Part shown: one piece after another, positions 9,018 through 17,628 of the stretch
How positions within the stretch are numbered: position 1 is the first letter of the stretch
Layout of the letters: every line of letters begins with the position of its first letter
Source of the DNA: Marispirochaeta sp.
Lineage (GTDB): Bacteria > Spirochaetota > Spirochaetia > JC444 > Marispirochaetaceae
Assembly: GCA_963676835.2 (NCBI GenBank)
Contig: CAXXFF010000001.1
Span: 832,001-896,000, forward strand
Length of the DNA stretch: 64,000 nucleotides
Direction of reading: 5' to 3'
The notes under the pieces: generated by a model
Databases searched by the model: none
What the model was told of the DNA's origin: nothing
Seen by the model: the letters and a program-made list of their open reading frames with translations, nothing else
Program-made: the position numbers and the translations under genes

Positions 9018-10143
9018 ACCGACTGAATGCAGGAACCGGACGGGTAGCAAAAAAAATACAGCCTGTAAAAAAGAAGAAGGGGCCATAACTCTGACGGCGA
9101 TACTGGTTCTGGCCTTCGCCTGCTTTCTGACCATCTCTGCAGCAGCCATTGCCATGGCCCAGAAAAATCAGCTCCGCGCCTTTAAGCGTACAACCGCAAG
9201 GGTTCAGGAACTGACAGAAGCCGCTGACATGGTGCTTGCCCTTCTATCAGAAGAAGAACCGGATGCCCCGGACTGGCGGGGGAGCTCCTTTTTTTCAGCA
9301 ATTGCAGAAATCGAAAACGAAACAGGCTTTAGCATCGTGGTTGAGGACCTTTCCAGCAGGTTCAACCTCAATTCCCTGAACAAAAAGATGATCACTGAAA
9401 CACAGATACAGAACTCTATGCTGCCCGGAACCGGTGCCGATGCCTTTCAGCAGGACCGCTCAGACCGGGGATTCGGCCTGAGCCCCCTGCCCAGGTGGGA
9501 GGATTTTTTTACCCGGGAGTTTCTCGAAAACTATGCAGCCTGTACCGGCGGATGGAATATAAATACCGCCGATGAGTTTTCCCTGGAGGCGGTATTTGCA
9601 GAAGTTACCGGTGATGAAACTGCGGCAGAGCTGTTCCACGAAAAGATCAGGGAAAAACGCAAAAGCCTTGAGCTGATACCAGCTGAAAAGCTTGAAGAGT
9701 TTATCGGCATACAGTACTTCTCCGGGGTGTACCCGGTAATACACGCCTTTCCCGAATTCAATGTGCACTTCGCCCCGGAGTGGGTGTTAAAGCAGATACT
9801 TGCCTACCCGGCATACAAGGTGGCCGATCCCGCAGCAACTGCAGAAATGCTGATCTCATTAAGAGACAGCCGGGGGCTCAGCCGTGAGGAGATTATCAGC
9901 CTCATTCCCATACAGCCCGACCCCGATGAAACAACAGCAGAAAAACGGCCGAAAGAGGAGAATCGCCTTTTCGCCTGGCTGGGAAACACCACCCTATTCT
10001 GGCGCATCACCGTACAAAGCAAAGAGAATGAAAATAGTGAAAAGATAATGATACGGGAAATTGCCCTTATTCCGGACTCCCGGGGAATGTCCGGGGCACA
10101 CAACCGGGAATACCGGATCATAAACGAGGAGCTCCCATGGTAA
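9010..10143 (+). CDS. gspK: GspK-like minor pseudopilin
   Basis: G/AITLTAILVL leader without Glu+5, EDLSSRFNLN, NINTA and NVHFAP motifs; GGAGG before ATG 9010. Confidence 0.8.
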   Translation: MAEPTECRNRTGSKKNTACKKEEGAITLTAILVLAFACFLTISAAAIAMAQKNQLRAFKRTTARVQELTEAADMVLALLSEEEPDAPDWRGSSFFSAIAEIENETGFSIVVEDLSSRFNLNSLNKKMITETQIQNSMLPGTGADAFQQDRSDRGFGLSPLPRWEDFFTREFLENYAACTGGWNINTADEFSLEAVFAEVTGDETAAELFHEKIREKRKSLELIPAEKLEEFIGIQYFSGVYPVIHAFPEFNVHFAPEWVLKQILAYPAYKVADPAATAEMLISLRDSRGLSREEIISLIPIQPDPDETTAEKRPKEENRLFAWLGNTTLFWRITVQSKENENSEKIMIREIALIPDSRGMSGAHNREYRIINEELPW

Positions 10144-11171
10144 ATATAGCAATGCCTCCAGGCACTGCCCTCTTTCCCCGGGATAAGTGCCGCTTTTACC
10201 TGCTGAGTTTTCCCGGACTCAAAAAGAAGGAGGCAGCTGCAGCCCTTGAGTTCCGCCTCCCCTCGGTCTACCCCGGCTCCATGGACACTATCTATTGGGA
10301 TTTCCGTATTCTACATTCAGGCAAAAAGTGGACGAACCAGACGGATCTGCTGGTACTGGTGACAGAAAAGGCGGCTCTTGAAGAGTTCCGCATGGCTAAT
10401 CCCGGTAAAACAGCCTATGTGCCCCTCTTCCACCTGCTGGATATTGATCATCTTAATCCTGGAGAACACTTCAGCCTGATCAGCGGTTCCGGTATTCGCG
10501 ACACCCTGGAATGCACCTCCGACGGGCATTGGGAGTTCCGGAGAGAAAAAACCGGCACTTCCAGGGCTGTCCGGGAGTGGATTTTGAACCCGCTCCCTCA
10601 GGGAAAAGCAGTTCAACGGGGCTACCGTGGAGCATTCATTTCATTTTTTTCTGATGGCAAGAGGAAATCACCACCGGCCTGGCTGAAAGCAGGCTTTGTT
10701 TTTCTCATACTGCTTATGGCAGGAAGCATCTATGGTCACAGAGTTCTTGCATCCATGGAAAACCGGTCCCGGGAACTCTCCCGCGCAATCGGTCTTCAGG
10801 GTGAACGGATAAACCGGAGATCCATGCTGGTATCGGAAATTGAATCACTTGAAAACAAAATCACCTTTCTTCAGCGGAACCCGTCAACTGATCCCTGGCT
10901 TTTTCTCAACACCATAACACCCCTCCTTCCGGAACAGACCGGAATTATTGCTCTCTCCGCCACGGAGAATCTTTTCAGCCTCGAACTCGCCGGGCCCAAT
11001 GCCCTGAAGCTTGGAGAGGCTTTAAGCCGAAACCCCGATTTTGCAGAAACTGAACTTCAGGAAATACGGGTCTCCACCCCAGGCGAAAAGCCGCGGTACC
11101 GTATTATCTGCCGATTTATCCCCGGTAAGAATTCATCCGGATTCTCATTACCTGAAGGAGACACGGAATGA
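10137..11171 (+). CDS. GspL/PilN-like assembly protein
   Basis: Cytoplasmic N-domain, one TM, coiled coil and a small C-domain; position after gspK. Confidence 0.55.
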   Translation: MVNIAMPPGTALFPRDKCRFYLLSFPGLKKKEAAAALEFRLPSVYPGSMDTIYWDFRILHSGKKWTNQTDLLVLVTEKAALEEFRMANPGKTAYVPLFHLLDIDHLNPGEHFSLISGSGIRDTLECTSDGHWEFRREKTGTSRAVREWILNPLPQGKAVQRGYRGAFISFFSDGKRKSPPAWLKAGFVFLILLMAGSIYGHRVLASMENRSRELSRAIGLQGERINRRSMLVSEIESLENKITFLQRNPSTDPWLFLNTITPLLPEQTGIIALSATENLFSLELAGPNALKLGEALSRNPDFAETELQEIRVSTPGEKPRYRIICRFIPGKNSSGFSLPEGDTE

Positions 11172-11767
11172 GAATCTCATCCATCAGATTATCCCCCAGG
11201 GAAATAAAACTCCTGACTGTTTTGCTGATCACCCTCCTGGGAGCAGCCTCTGTTCTTTCCGTTTCCAGATGGATTGAGAAGTATACCTCCCTGAACGGGG
11301 AAATAGAACAAAAAACGGCACTGCTTGAAAAAGCACCTTCTTTTACAGCTGCAAATAGAAATGCCAGCCCGGAGATTGAAGGCCTTGAAAGCCTTCAAAG
11401 AGAGGCAGATCTTTTGAGAGAACGGCTTGAGGGCTTTACGGTTGAGGAAAGCTCCGGCAGCTACGGCTTCGGAGAAGAGCTGCTCGAAATTACAGGCAGG
11501 CACTTCATCACCGTAAGACGTTACCGGCCCCTGTCCGACTCGGGCTTCACCTTTATCGGCAGCGGAACCCCGGAAAATGTAATCCGCCTTCTGGGCGATA
11601 TCTCACACGACCACCCTGCCTGGCAGTTTTCCGGTCTCCGCTTAACCGGCAGCAGCCGGCCCGGAGAACTTGATATGCAGTTTGACCTTGAAAATCTTTC
11701 TCTCATAGAAACCGAAGAAAAGAAGGTTGAGGTGAAGCAAAAGGTGGAGGTAAGAAAAGTCCAATGA
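11168..11767 (+). CDS. GspM/PilO-like assembly protein
   Basis: LSPRE before an N-terminal TM, then a coiled coil; ATGA overlap with the previous gene. Confidence 0.6.
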   Translation: MRISSIRLSPREIKLLTVLLITLLGAASVLSVSRWIEKYTSLNGEIEQKTALLEKAPSFTAANRNASPEIEGLESLQREADLLRERLEGFTVEESSGSYGFGEELLEITGRHFITVRRYRPLSDSGFTFIGSGTPENVIRLLGDISHDHPAWQFSGLRLTGSSRPGELDMQFDLENLSLIETEEKKVEVKQKVEVRKVQ

Positions 11768-12267
11768 AAAAAATATCCCTCTTCGCCACCATGCTTTTCA
11801 CCGCATTATTCCTGATCTCCGCAGCTGTTATTCCGCTGCCGAAAGCCGCAGAATCCCAGGGAGCCTTGCGGAATACACGGAATACTTTCACACCGGAAAA
11901 ACAATCTATCATTACGGTGTCGGAACACCCGGACCTTACAACCGCTTCATTGCCGGAAGTTGCCGGGCTGTTTGTGGTAAAAACAAAGCCCCAGTTCCCG
12001 GTCCCAGCGGTAATGCAGACTGAAGCCCCTCCGGAGGTTCCGGAATCTCTGCCGGAAGCGAAGCTTTCCTCTCTACCCGCGCTTCCCGCGGTCCGCTACC
12101 TGGGAGAAGCGGTAATAGGGGGGCAAACCATTGTTTTCTGCATGACCGGATCCCCGGAAAGGCTGCTGCGTCTGCCTGATACTGAGGAAGAGTTTATTCT
12201 GACAGAAAACAGCCCTAAGACATTAACCATCGAATATAACGGAAGGAGTATCCATGTTCCAAAATAG
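11764..12267 (+). CDS. Membrane-anchored Pro-rich protein, possibly GspC/PilP-like
   Basis: N-terminal hydrophobic segment, Pro-rich linker, beta-rich C-domain (RYLG..); translationally coupled in the operon. Confidence 0.45.
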   Translation: MKKISLFATMLFTALFLISAAVIPLPKAAESQGALRNTRNTFTPEKQSIITVSEHPDLTTASLPEVAGLFVVKTKPQFPVPAVMQTEAPPEVPESLPEAKLSSLPALPAVRYLGEAVIGGQTIVFCMTGSPERLLRLPDTEEEFILTENSPKTLTIEYNGRSIHVPK

Positions 12268-12787
12268 ATTTATCACATCTGCAGTCCTGCTGATAGCATT
12301 CGCCCTGCTTGCCGCCTCCTGTTCATCCGCGCCGGACACCCGGCCGTCGGGCAAAAATCCCCTTACCGGGATGGTCTACGACAATGAAGGCCGCCCCGTG
12401 CAGGGAGCCCGGGTAAGCATCGACGGTAAGGAGGCAGCCCTCACCGACCTGAACGGGCGTTTTGTTACCCCGCCCCTCGATCCGGGCCCGCACTCTCTTT
12501 CCCTGAACAAACCGGGCTACGAGCAAACGAATACTACAGTAGATTTCACCTCTGCCCTGGAGGTTCTTTACACCAGGATGGCTTCATTTGAGTCACTGAT
12601 GAAAGAAGCGGAAGAATTTCTGGATGCAGGTAAATCAGCGGAAGCCCTCAGCCTGCTGAAACGGGCAGAGGGAATCTATCCTGAAGATCCGGCGCTGACA
12701 GTGCTCTTTCTGGTCTGCTACAAAGACTTGGAGGATACGGAGATAGCTGCGGAGTACCGTATGAAAGTGGAAACACTGGGGCTGTAG
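12254..12787 (+). CDS. Lipoprotein with carboxypeptidase-regulatory-like beta domain and TPR-like helices
   Basis: LAASC lipobox; GMVYD..G.PV.GA.V..TD.NG.F..L.PG..KPGY; C-terminal helical hairpin (A..L.RA..IYP.D). Confidence 0.75.
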   Translation: MFQNRFITSAVLLIAFALLAASCSSAPDTRPSGKNPLTGMVYDNEGRPVQGARVSIDGKEAALTDLNGRFVTPPLDPGPHSLSLNKPGYEQTNTTVDFTSALEVLYTRMASFESLMKEAEEFLDAGKSAEALSLLKRAEGIYPEDPALTVLFLVCYKDLEDTEIAAEYRMKVETLGL

Positions 12788-12903
12788 CCTGTCAGACAAA
12801 AATATTAATTCTTGTTCCACACCAGCGAGTGATAGTAGGATTCCTCTCTATTTCTTTTTTAAAGACTTTTTAGTATTATCATTTATAAGTAGAAGGAGGC
12901 TGA

Positions 12904-13101
12904 ATGGACATTCAAACTCTAAATCCCCGGTATATAACAGATAAAACAGGTAAGAAAACTGAAATCATCCTTACAATCGAAGTGTTTAATCAATTAATTG
13001 AAGATATCGAAGATCTTTCAACAATTGCAGAGCGGAAAGATGAAACCAGGATTTCCCATGAAGAATTTAAAAAACAATTAACAACAGATGGCCTTATATA
13101 A
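12904..13101 (+). CDS. Putative type II antitoxin
   Basis: 65 aa, acidic (EDIEDL..ERKDE..ISHEE), AGGAGG RBS; its end overlaps the start of a RelE-like gene. Confidence 0.75.
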   Translation: MDIQTLNPRYITDKTGKKTEIILTIEVFNQLIEDIEDLSTIAERKDETRISHEEFKKQLTTDGLI

Positions 13102-13501
13102 TATACAGGCACTTCTAAAAACGTAGTATTTTTGCCATAGCCTAGGAGGATAGATTTTATAGCGCCCGCAAACTCTTGTGGTAACAAGAGTTGAGGACCG
13201 CGGGAAATCTTGACGACGCAGGATATGGAGAAAAGAGTAGTTTTTAGAGGTGGCCATACAGTGGAAAAACTCAGCACAATAAGAAGTTCGTAAACTTGAG
13301 AAAAAAGACCGGACTGCGATTATCCATGCAGTTGAAGAACTGGCAGAAGATCCACGCAGGAACGGTGTGATTAAACTAACCGGTTCAATATCTGCCTATC
13401 GATACCGGGTCGGCAATTATCGTGTTATTTTTGAAATTTTTGATAATATTCTGTCAATAGAAATTGTACGAGTCAAACACAGAAGGGATGCTTACAGGTA
13501 A
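13088..13501 (+). pseudogene. relE: RelE/ParE-family toxin pseudogene (MITE insertion plus nonsense codon)
   Basis: Removing the insert gives MALYNIQWKNSAQ*EVRKLEKKDRTAIIHAVEELAEDPRRNGVIKLTGSISAYRYRVGNYRVIFEI..VRVKHRRDAYR. The TAA is at 13280-13282. Confidence 0.88.
13108..13255. mobile_element. 148-bp MITE-like non-autonomous element
   Basis: Imperfect TIRs GGCACTTCTAAAAAC / GTTTTTAGAGGTGGCC; flanking direct repeat ATACA (13103-13107 and 13256-13260); precise removal restores the relE frame. Confidence 0.85.
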
Positions 13502-13640
13502 ATGTTACACAGCTCTTATCTGTCCATAAACAAGCTAGTGCATAACCTGCACGTTGAACATCACCCCGATTTTCTCTAATATCTACACAACTAACTACGG
13601 CTTACCCCGAAGAACCATACACATGCAGATAACGAGACCC

Positions 13641-14987
13641 ATGGCAGACAGAAAAACCCTTATCCTCAGCGGACATATACCAACAAGCCTCATCCGCATA
13701 ACCATTCCTTCCATAATTGGAATGTTCGGTATGATGATCTTCAACATTGTAGATACCTACTTTGTGGGAAAACTCGGTGCCATTGAGCTTGCGGCAATAT
13801 CTTTCACCTTTCCGGTGGTCATGGTCATCAGCAGTCTGGTTTTCGGTATCGGCGTCGCCGCCATGGCACTCTTCTCCCGGGCCGCTGGTCAGCAGAACTT
13901 TCAGGAAGAGCAGATGCTTGCTACCTCTACCCTTACCCTGGGAATTTCAATCTCCGCCGTTATGGGTCTCATAGGATATTTCAGCATCGATCCCATTTTC
14001 CGCCTTCTCGGTGCAGATGATACTCTCATGCCCCACATTACCGCCTACATGCGGGTCTGGTTCATGGGAGCGGCGTTTATGGTTATCCCCATGCTGGGAG
14101 ATTCAATACTCCGGGGTCTCGGCGACACCTTTACCCCGGCCTTTGTAATGATGACCTCAGCCATGCTCAACGTCTTTATGGACCCCCTGCTGATTTTCGG
14201 TATCGGTCCTTTTCCAGCCTTAGGGGTACAGGGTGCTGCCATTGCCACGGTGGCGTCCCGGGCTGTGTCTGCCATTATCTCCATCCTTATTCAGGCCTTC
14301 CGGGAACGGCTTTTGACCATTAACGGCATGTCCGTCCGTAAAGCCTGGATCTACTGGAAGCGGCTGCTTCATATAGGACTGCCCAATTCGGCAGTCCGGG
14401 CCATCAGCCCCCTGGGAACCGCGGTCTTTACTTCAATACTGGCCCGGTATGGACATGAAGTAGTTGCCGGCTATGGTGTTGCAGCCAAGCTTGAAAGTGT
14501 TTTTCTGGCCATCATCAACGCCTTTTCCATTACCGCCACCGTATTTGTGGGGCAGAATCTGGGAGCGGGGAACGGCAAAAGAGTACGCACAGGCATACGC
14601 TTTATGAACCTTATTCTTATGGGCCTCGGTCTGGCCGTGGCTGCTGCCTTTTTCTTTGCCGGTAATTCTCTGGCGGGCCTGTTTAATGAGGACCCCACTG
14701 TCCGACAGACTACCGCCCTCTATCTGCGCATAGTCCCCGTGGGTTACGGATTTCTGGCATTCACCCAGATAGGAGCTTCCATCCTCAATGTGTATCATCG
14801 CCCGTTCCTTGCAGGCGGACTCTCCCTGGTGCAGATAGCCGGTATAGGAGTACCTTCGGCATATCTCTTCTCATTCCTCATGGGTGTACACGGTGTCTTT
14901 ATTGCCATCCTTGCAAGCTTTGTTCTTACCGGAATAATCACCCTGCTGGTACAGCGGCAGCAGACAGCAATCCATGTGCCTGTCTAA
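13641..14987 (+). CDS. MATE family efflux transporter
   Basis: NIVDTYFVGKLG, LRGLGDT, DPLLIFG..LGVQGAAIAT, GQNLGAG; about 12 TM. Start uncertain. Confidence 0.93.
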   Translation: MADRKTLILSGHIPTSLIRITIPSIIGMFGMMIFNIVDTYFVGKLGAIELAAISFTFPVVMVISSLVFGIGVAAMALFSRAAGQQNFQEEQMLATSTLTLGISISAVMGLIGYFSIDPIFRLLGADDTLMPHITAYMRVWFMGAAFMVIPMLGDSILRGLGDTFTPAFVMMTSAMLNVFMDPLLIFGIGPFPALGVQGAAIATVASRAVSAIISILIQAFRERLLTINGMSVRKAWIYWKRLLHIGLPNSAVRAISPLGTAVFTSILARYGHEVVAGYGVAAKLESVFLAIINAFSITATVFVGQNLGAGNGKRVRTGIRFMNLILMGLGLAVAAAFFFAGNSLAGLFNEDPTVRQTTALYLRIVPVGYGFLAFTQIGASILNVYHRPFLAGGLSLVQIAGIGVPSAYLFSFLMGVHGVFIAILASFVLTGIITLLVQRQQTAIHVPV

Positions 14988-15232
14988 GCAGACTGTTGTA
15001 AACTGAACGCGAACCCCTTCCCTAAAAATCAGGTATTCTGCCATCTGCCCTTCCGCGGGAAGCCCCGCAATTTTTGATTACAGGCTATATATCCATGAGT
15101 AGTATACTGCGGGTGAAACATCCTCTGTTTCTGCCCTTATACAGGAAAATATTCCTTCCCACCCTGGTTGCTGTCCCGTAACTGATTCTCTATGTTAAAA
15201 AACAGTTAAACTACACTATTCTACTTTACTAT

Positions 15233-15250
15233 TATTATACATGTAGAATA
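15233..15250. promoter_or_regulatory. Candidate PadR operator
   Basis: 18-bp palindrome TATTATACATGTAGAATA (one mismatched pair) 25 bp upstream of padR; an extra half-site TATTCTAC at 15217. Confidence 0.45.
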
Positions 15251-15275
15251 TACTGCATTCAAACAGGAGGAGCAT

Positions 15276-15833
15276 ATGTCCTTAAAGCACGGACTACTGG
15301 GAATTCTTCATCACGGCCCCATGGCCGGGTACGATCTTAACCAGATATTCAACCAGTCCCTCAATTTTTTCTGGGCCGCCGAAACCAGCCAGATATACCG
15401 TGAGCTGAACAGTATGGAAAAGCAGGGCTGGCTCAGCTCTGAAATAGTGCTCCAGACAGAGAAGCCAAACCGGAAGGTCTACTCCCTTACCGACAGCGGA
15501 AGGGAAGAGTTTATCCGCTGGCTGTCCACGGATGATCTGGAAAGCAGCATGAAAGTACGCCACAGCTTTATCATGCGTATCTTTTTCTCCGGCAGACGGC
15601 CCATGGAAGCTACCATCGACAGCCTTAAAGCATATCAGGCTCATCTCGAAGCAGCTGCAAAAGCAATGGAATCGGTAGAAAGCAGTATAAGCAGATATGA
15701 GCAGGGTCCCGCGGGCAGCCGGGAGTCCCTTTTCTGGCGACTTACCGCCGACTACGGCCGGCGCAGCAACCGAATGGCCCGGGAATGGGCGGAGAATGCA
15801 ATCAACTTACTGAAAGGAGAAAACCATGAGTAA
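15276..15833 (+). CDS. PadR family transcriptional regulator
   Basis: LLGIL..GPMAGYDL..FW.A..SQIYREL..PNRKVYSLT..G.EEF.RWL. Confidence 0.93.
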   Translation: MSLKHGLLGILHHGPMAGYDLNQIFNQSLNFFWAAETSQIYRELNSMEKQGWLSSEIVLQTEKPNRKVYSLTDSGREEFIRWLSTDDLESSMKVRHSFIMRIFFSGRRPMEATIDSLKAYQAHLEAAAKAMESVESSISRYEQGPAGSRESLFWRLTADYGRRSNRMAREWAENAINLLKGENHE

Positions 15834-17460
15834 ACAGATTCTTGTGTTAAACGGAAGCCCCCGGGGAGAAAACAGCAGTACCATGCAGATCACCCGCCGC
15901 TTTCTCGACGGCTATGTTAAAGAACAGGATGCGGTAATAGATACGGTGAATATTACCAGAAGCCGAATAGAACATTGTACCGGCTGTTTTACCTGCTGGA
16001 CAAAAACCCCGGGGAAATGCATTTTCCGGGATGATATGGATGAACTCCTGGAAAAATACAGGGCAGCCGATCTCATTGTCTGGAGTTTTCCCCTCTACTA
16101 TTTCGGCATGCCGTCTAAAATAAAGGCCTTTATGGACCGGATGCTTCCCATGAACCTGCCCTTTCTTAACGATGGAGAGGGGGAACATCGCATACATCCG
16201 CCCCGCTACGATGTCTCCCACCTGAAATTTGTACTTATTTCCACCTGCGGATACCACTCCCGGGAACATAACTATGATGCTCTTATAAAGCAGTTTGATA
16301 TTCTCTACCATGGGAGACTGGAATCAATTATCTGTCCCGAAGGGGGCATCCTGAACGTTCCCCAGATGCAGAGCGCAGTCGAACCCTACCTTGCCGCAGC
16401 GGAAAAGGCAGGCAGAGAGCATGCTCAAACCGGCAGTTTTGCTGATACCACCCGGGAACAGTTGAACAGCCTGATTGTACCCCCCGAGGTTTATACCGAG
16501 CTGGCCAACGAAAGCTGGGAAATCAGCGGCGAAGAGTCCAGTTCCGTCCCGGGGGCTTTCTCCGACCCCAGTGCCCGCCTTATGAAACAGATGCGGGCCG
16601 TCTGCCGTCCCGGGGAAGCAGGAGAGACTCCTGTAGTACTTGAGATCGACTTCACCGATATAGGAAAAACCTGGCAGTTCAGTATCGGTGAAGGAAGCTG
16701 CGAATTGGCGGAAGGCAGCGGCAAGCCCTTTACCACCCGAATTGAGACTCCCTTCAGTCTCTGGCAGGAAATTTCCAACGGGAAGGCAGATGGTACAGAA
16801 GCCATGATGCAGGGAAAATACCGGGTGCAGTGAGACTTCTCCTTTATGATGAAAATGGAAAAGGTTTTCGACGGCTCTTCAGCGAAACCGGAAAACACAG
16901 AGAAGCCGGCGGAGGCTAAGAAATCGAGTATGCTGGTTCTACTGGCTCCATGGCTTGCTCAGTGGATCCTTTTTCCCATGAAACCGACGGTGGGTGCCGG
17001 GATTTCAGTGCTGCTTGCAACGGCGGTATTCCTTCTTGCCGGCAGGTTCCGCATAACCCGGGATGAACGGACAGGATCATTCGCAGCAAGTATCATCGGT
17101 CTGCTTGTGCTCTACGGCCTGATCAGCCCCACCCGGGCAATCACCCTTTCCTATGTCTCATTCGGACTTCTCTGGCTCCAGTCCCTGCGCCATAAAGTTC
17201 CCCTTACCGCATGGTATTCATCTGCGGAATACGGAGGTGACAAGGCTTTTTCCAATGCTCTGTTTCTGGCTACAAACCGCATCCTTACCGCAGCCTGGGG
17301 TATCCTGTACTTGTGTATGGCAGGAGGTGCAATCCTGCTTATGCAGAGTCCTACAGCTTCATTCACCGGCCTGATCACCACCCTGGGGCCAGCCTGTATG
17401 GGAATATTCACCGCCTGGTTCTCCCGCTGGTATCCCGCAAGAATTGCGTCGGGAAAGTAA
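15826..17460 (+). pseudogene. Iron-sulfur flavoprotein / SCP2 / membrane-domain fusion split by an in-frame TGA
   Basis: NGSPR, CTGCFTCWTKTPGKC, FPLY, SCP2-like domain ending GKYRVQ*DFSFMMKM. ORFs 15826-16833 and 16846-17460 share one frame. Confidence 0.75.
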
Positions 17461-17628
17461 CAGACAGAGGAAGGGGCAGACCTCTGGTCAGACCAAACAT
17501 TACGGGTATATACTGCCCCCTATGAAACTCCGCGGCGGATAACAGTTCTCAACCTCACTCCCTGCCCGGACCGTTCGGTCCGGTACTGTATATTCAGCAG
17601 CAACACCTGCATCAATTGAGAGAACACC

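Noticed and set aside
12990..13277. Minus-strand 95-aa ORF over the MITE as a transposase fragment
   Set aside because: It has no transposase motifs and spans the antitoxin antisense strand plus the non-coding element.
14990..15230. Possible riboswitch or ncRNA between MATE and padR
   Set aside because: Only a short hairpin is present and I recognise no Rfam-type motif; an Infernal search would be needed.
16831..16833. Selenocysteine or genetic-code recoding of TGA
   Set aside because: The position corresponds to a conserved Gly, not Cys; no obvious SECIS-like hairpin follows; TGA is a normal stop in many other genes here.
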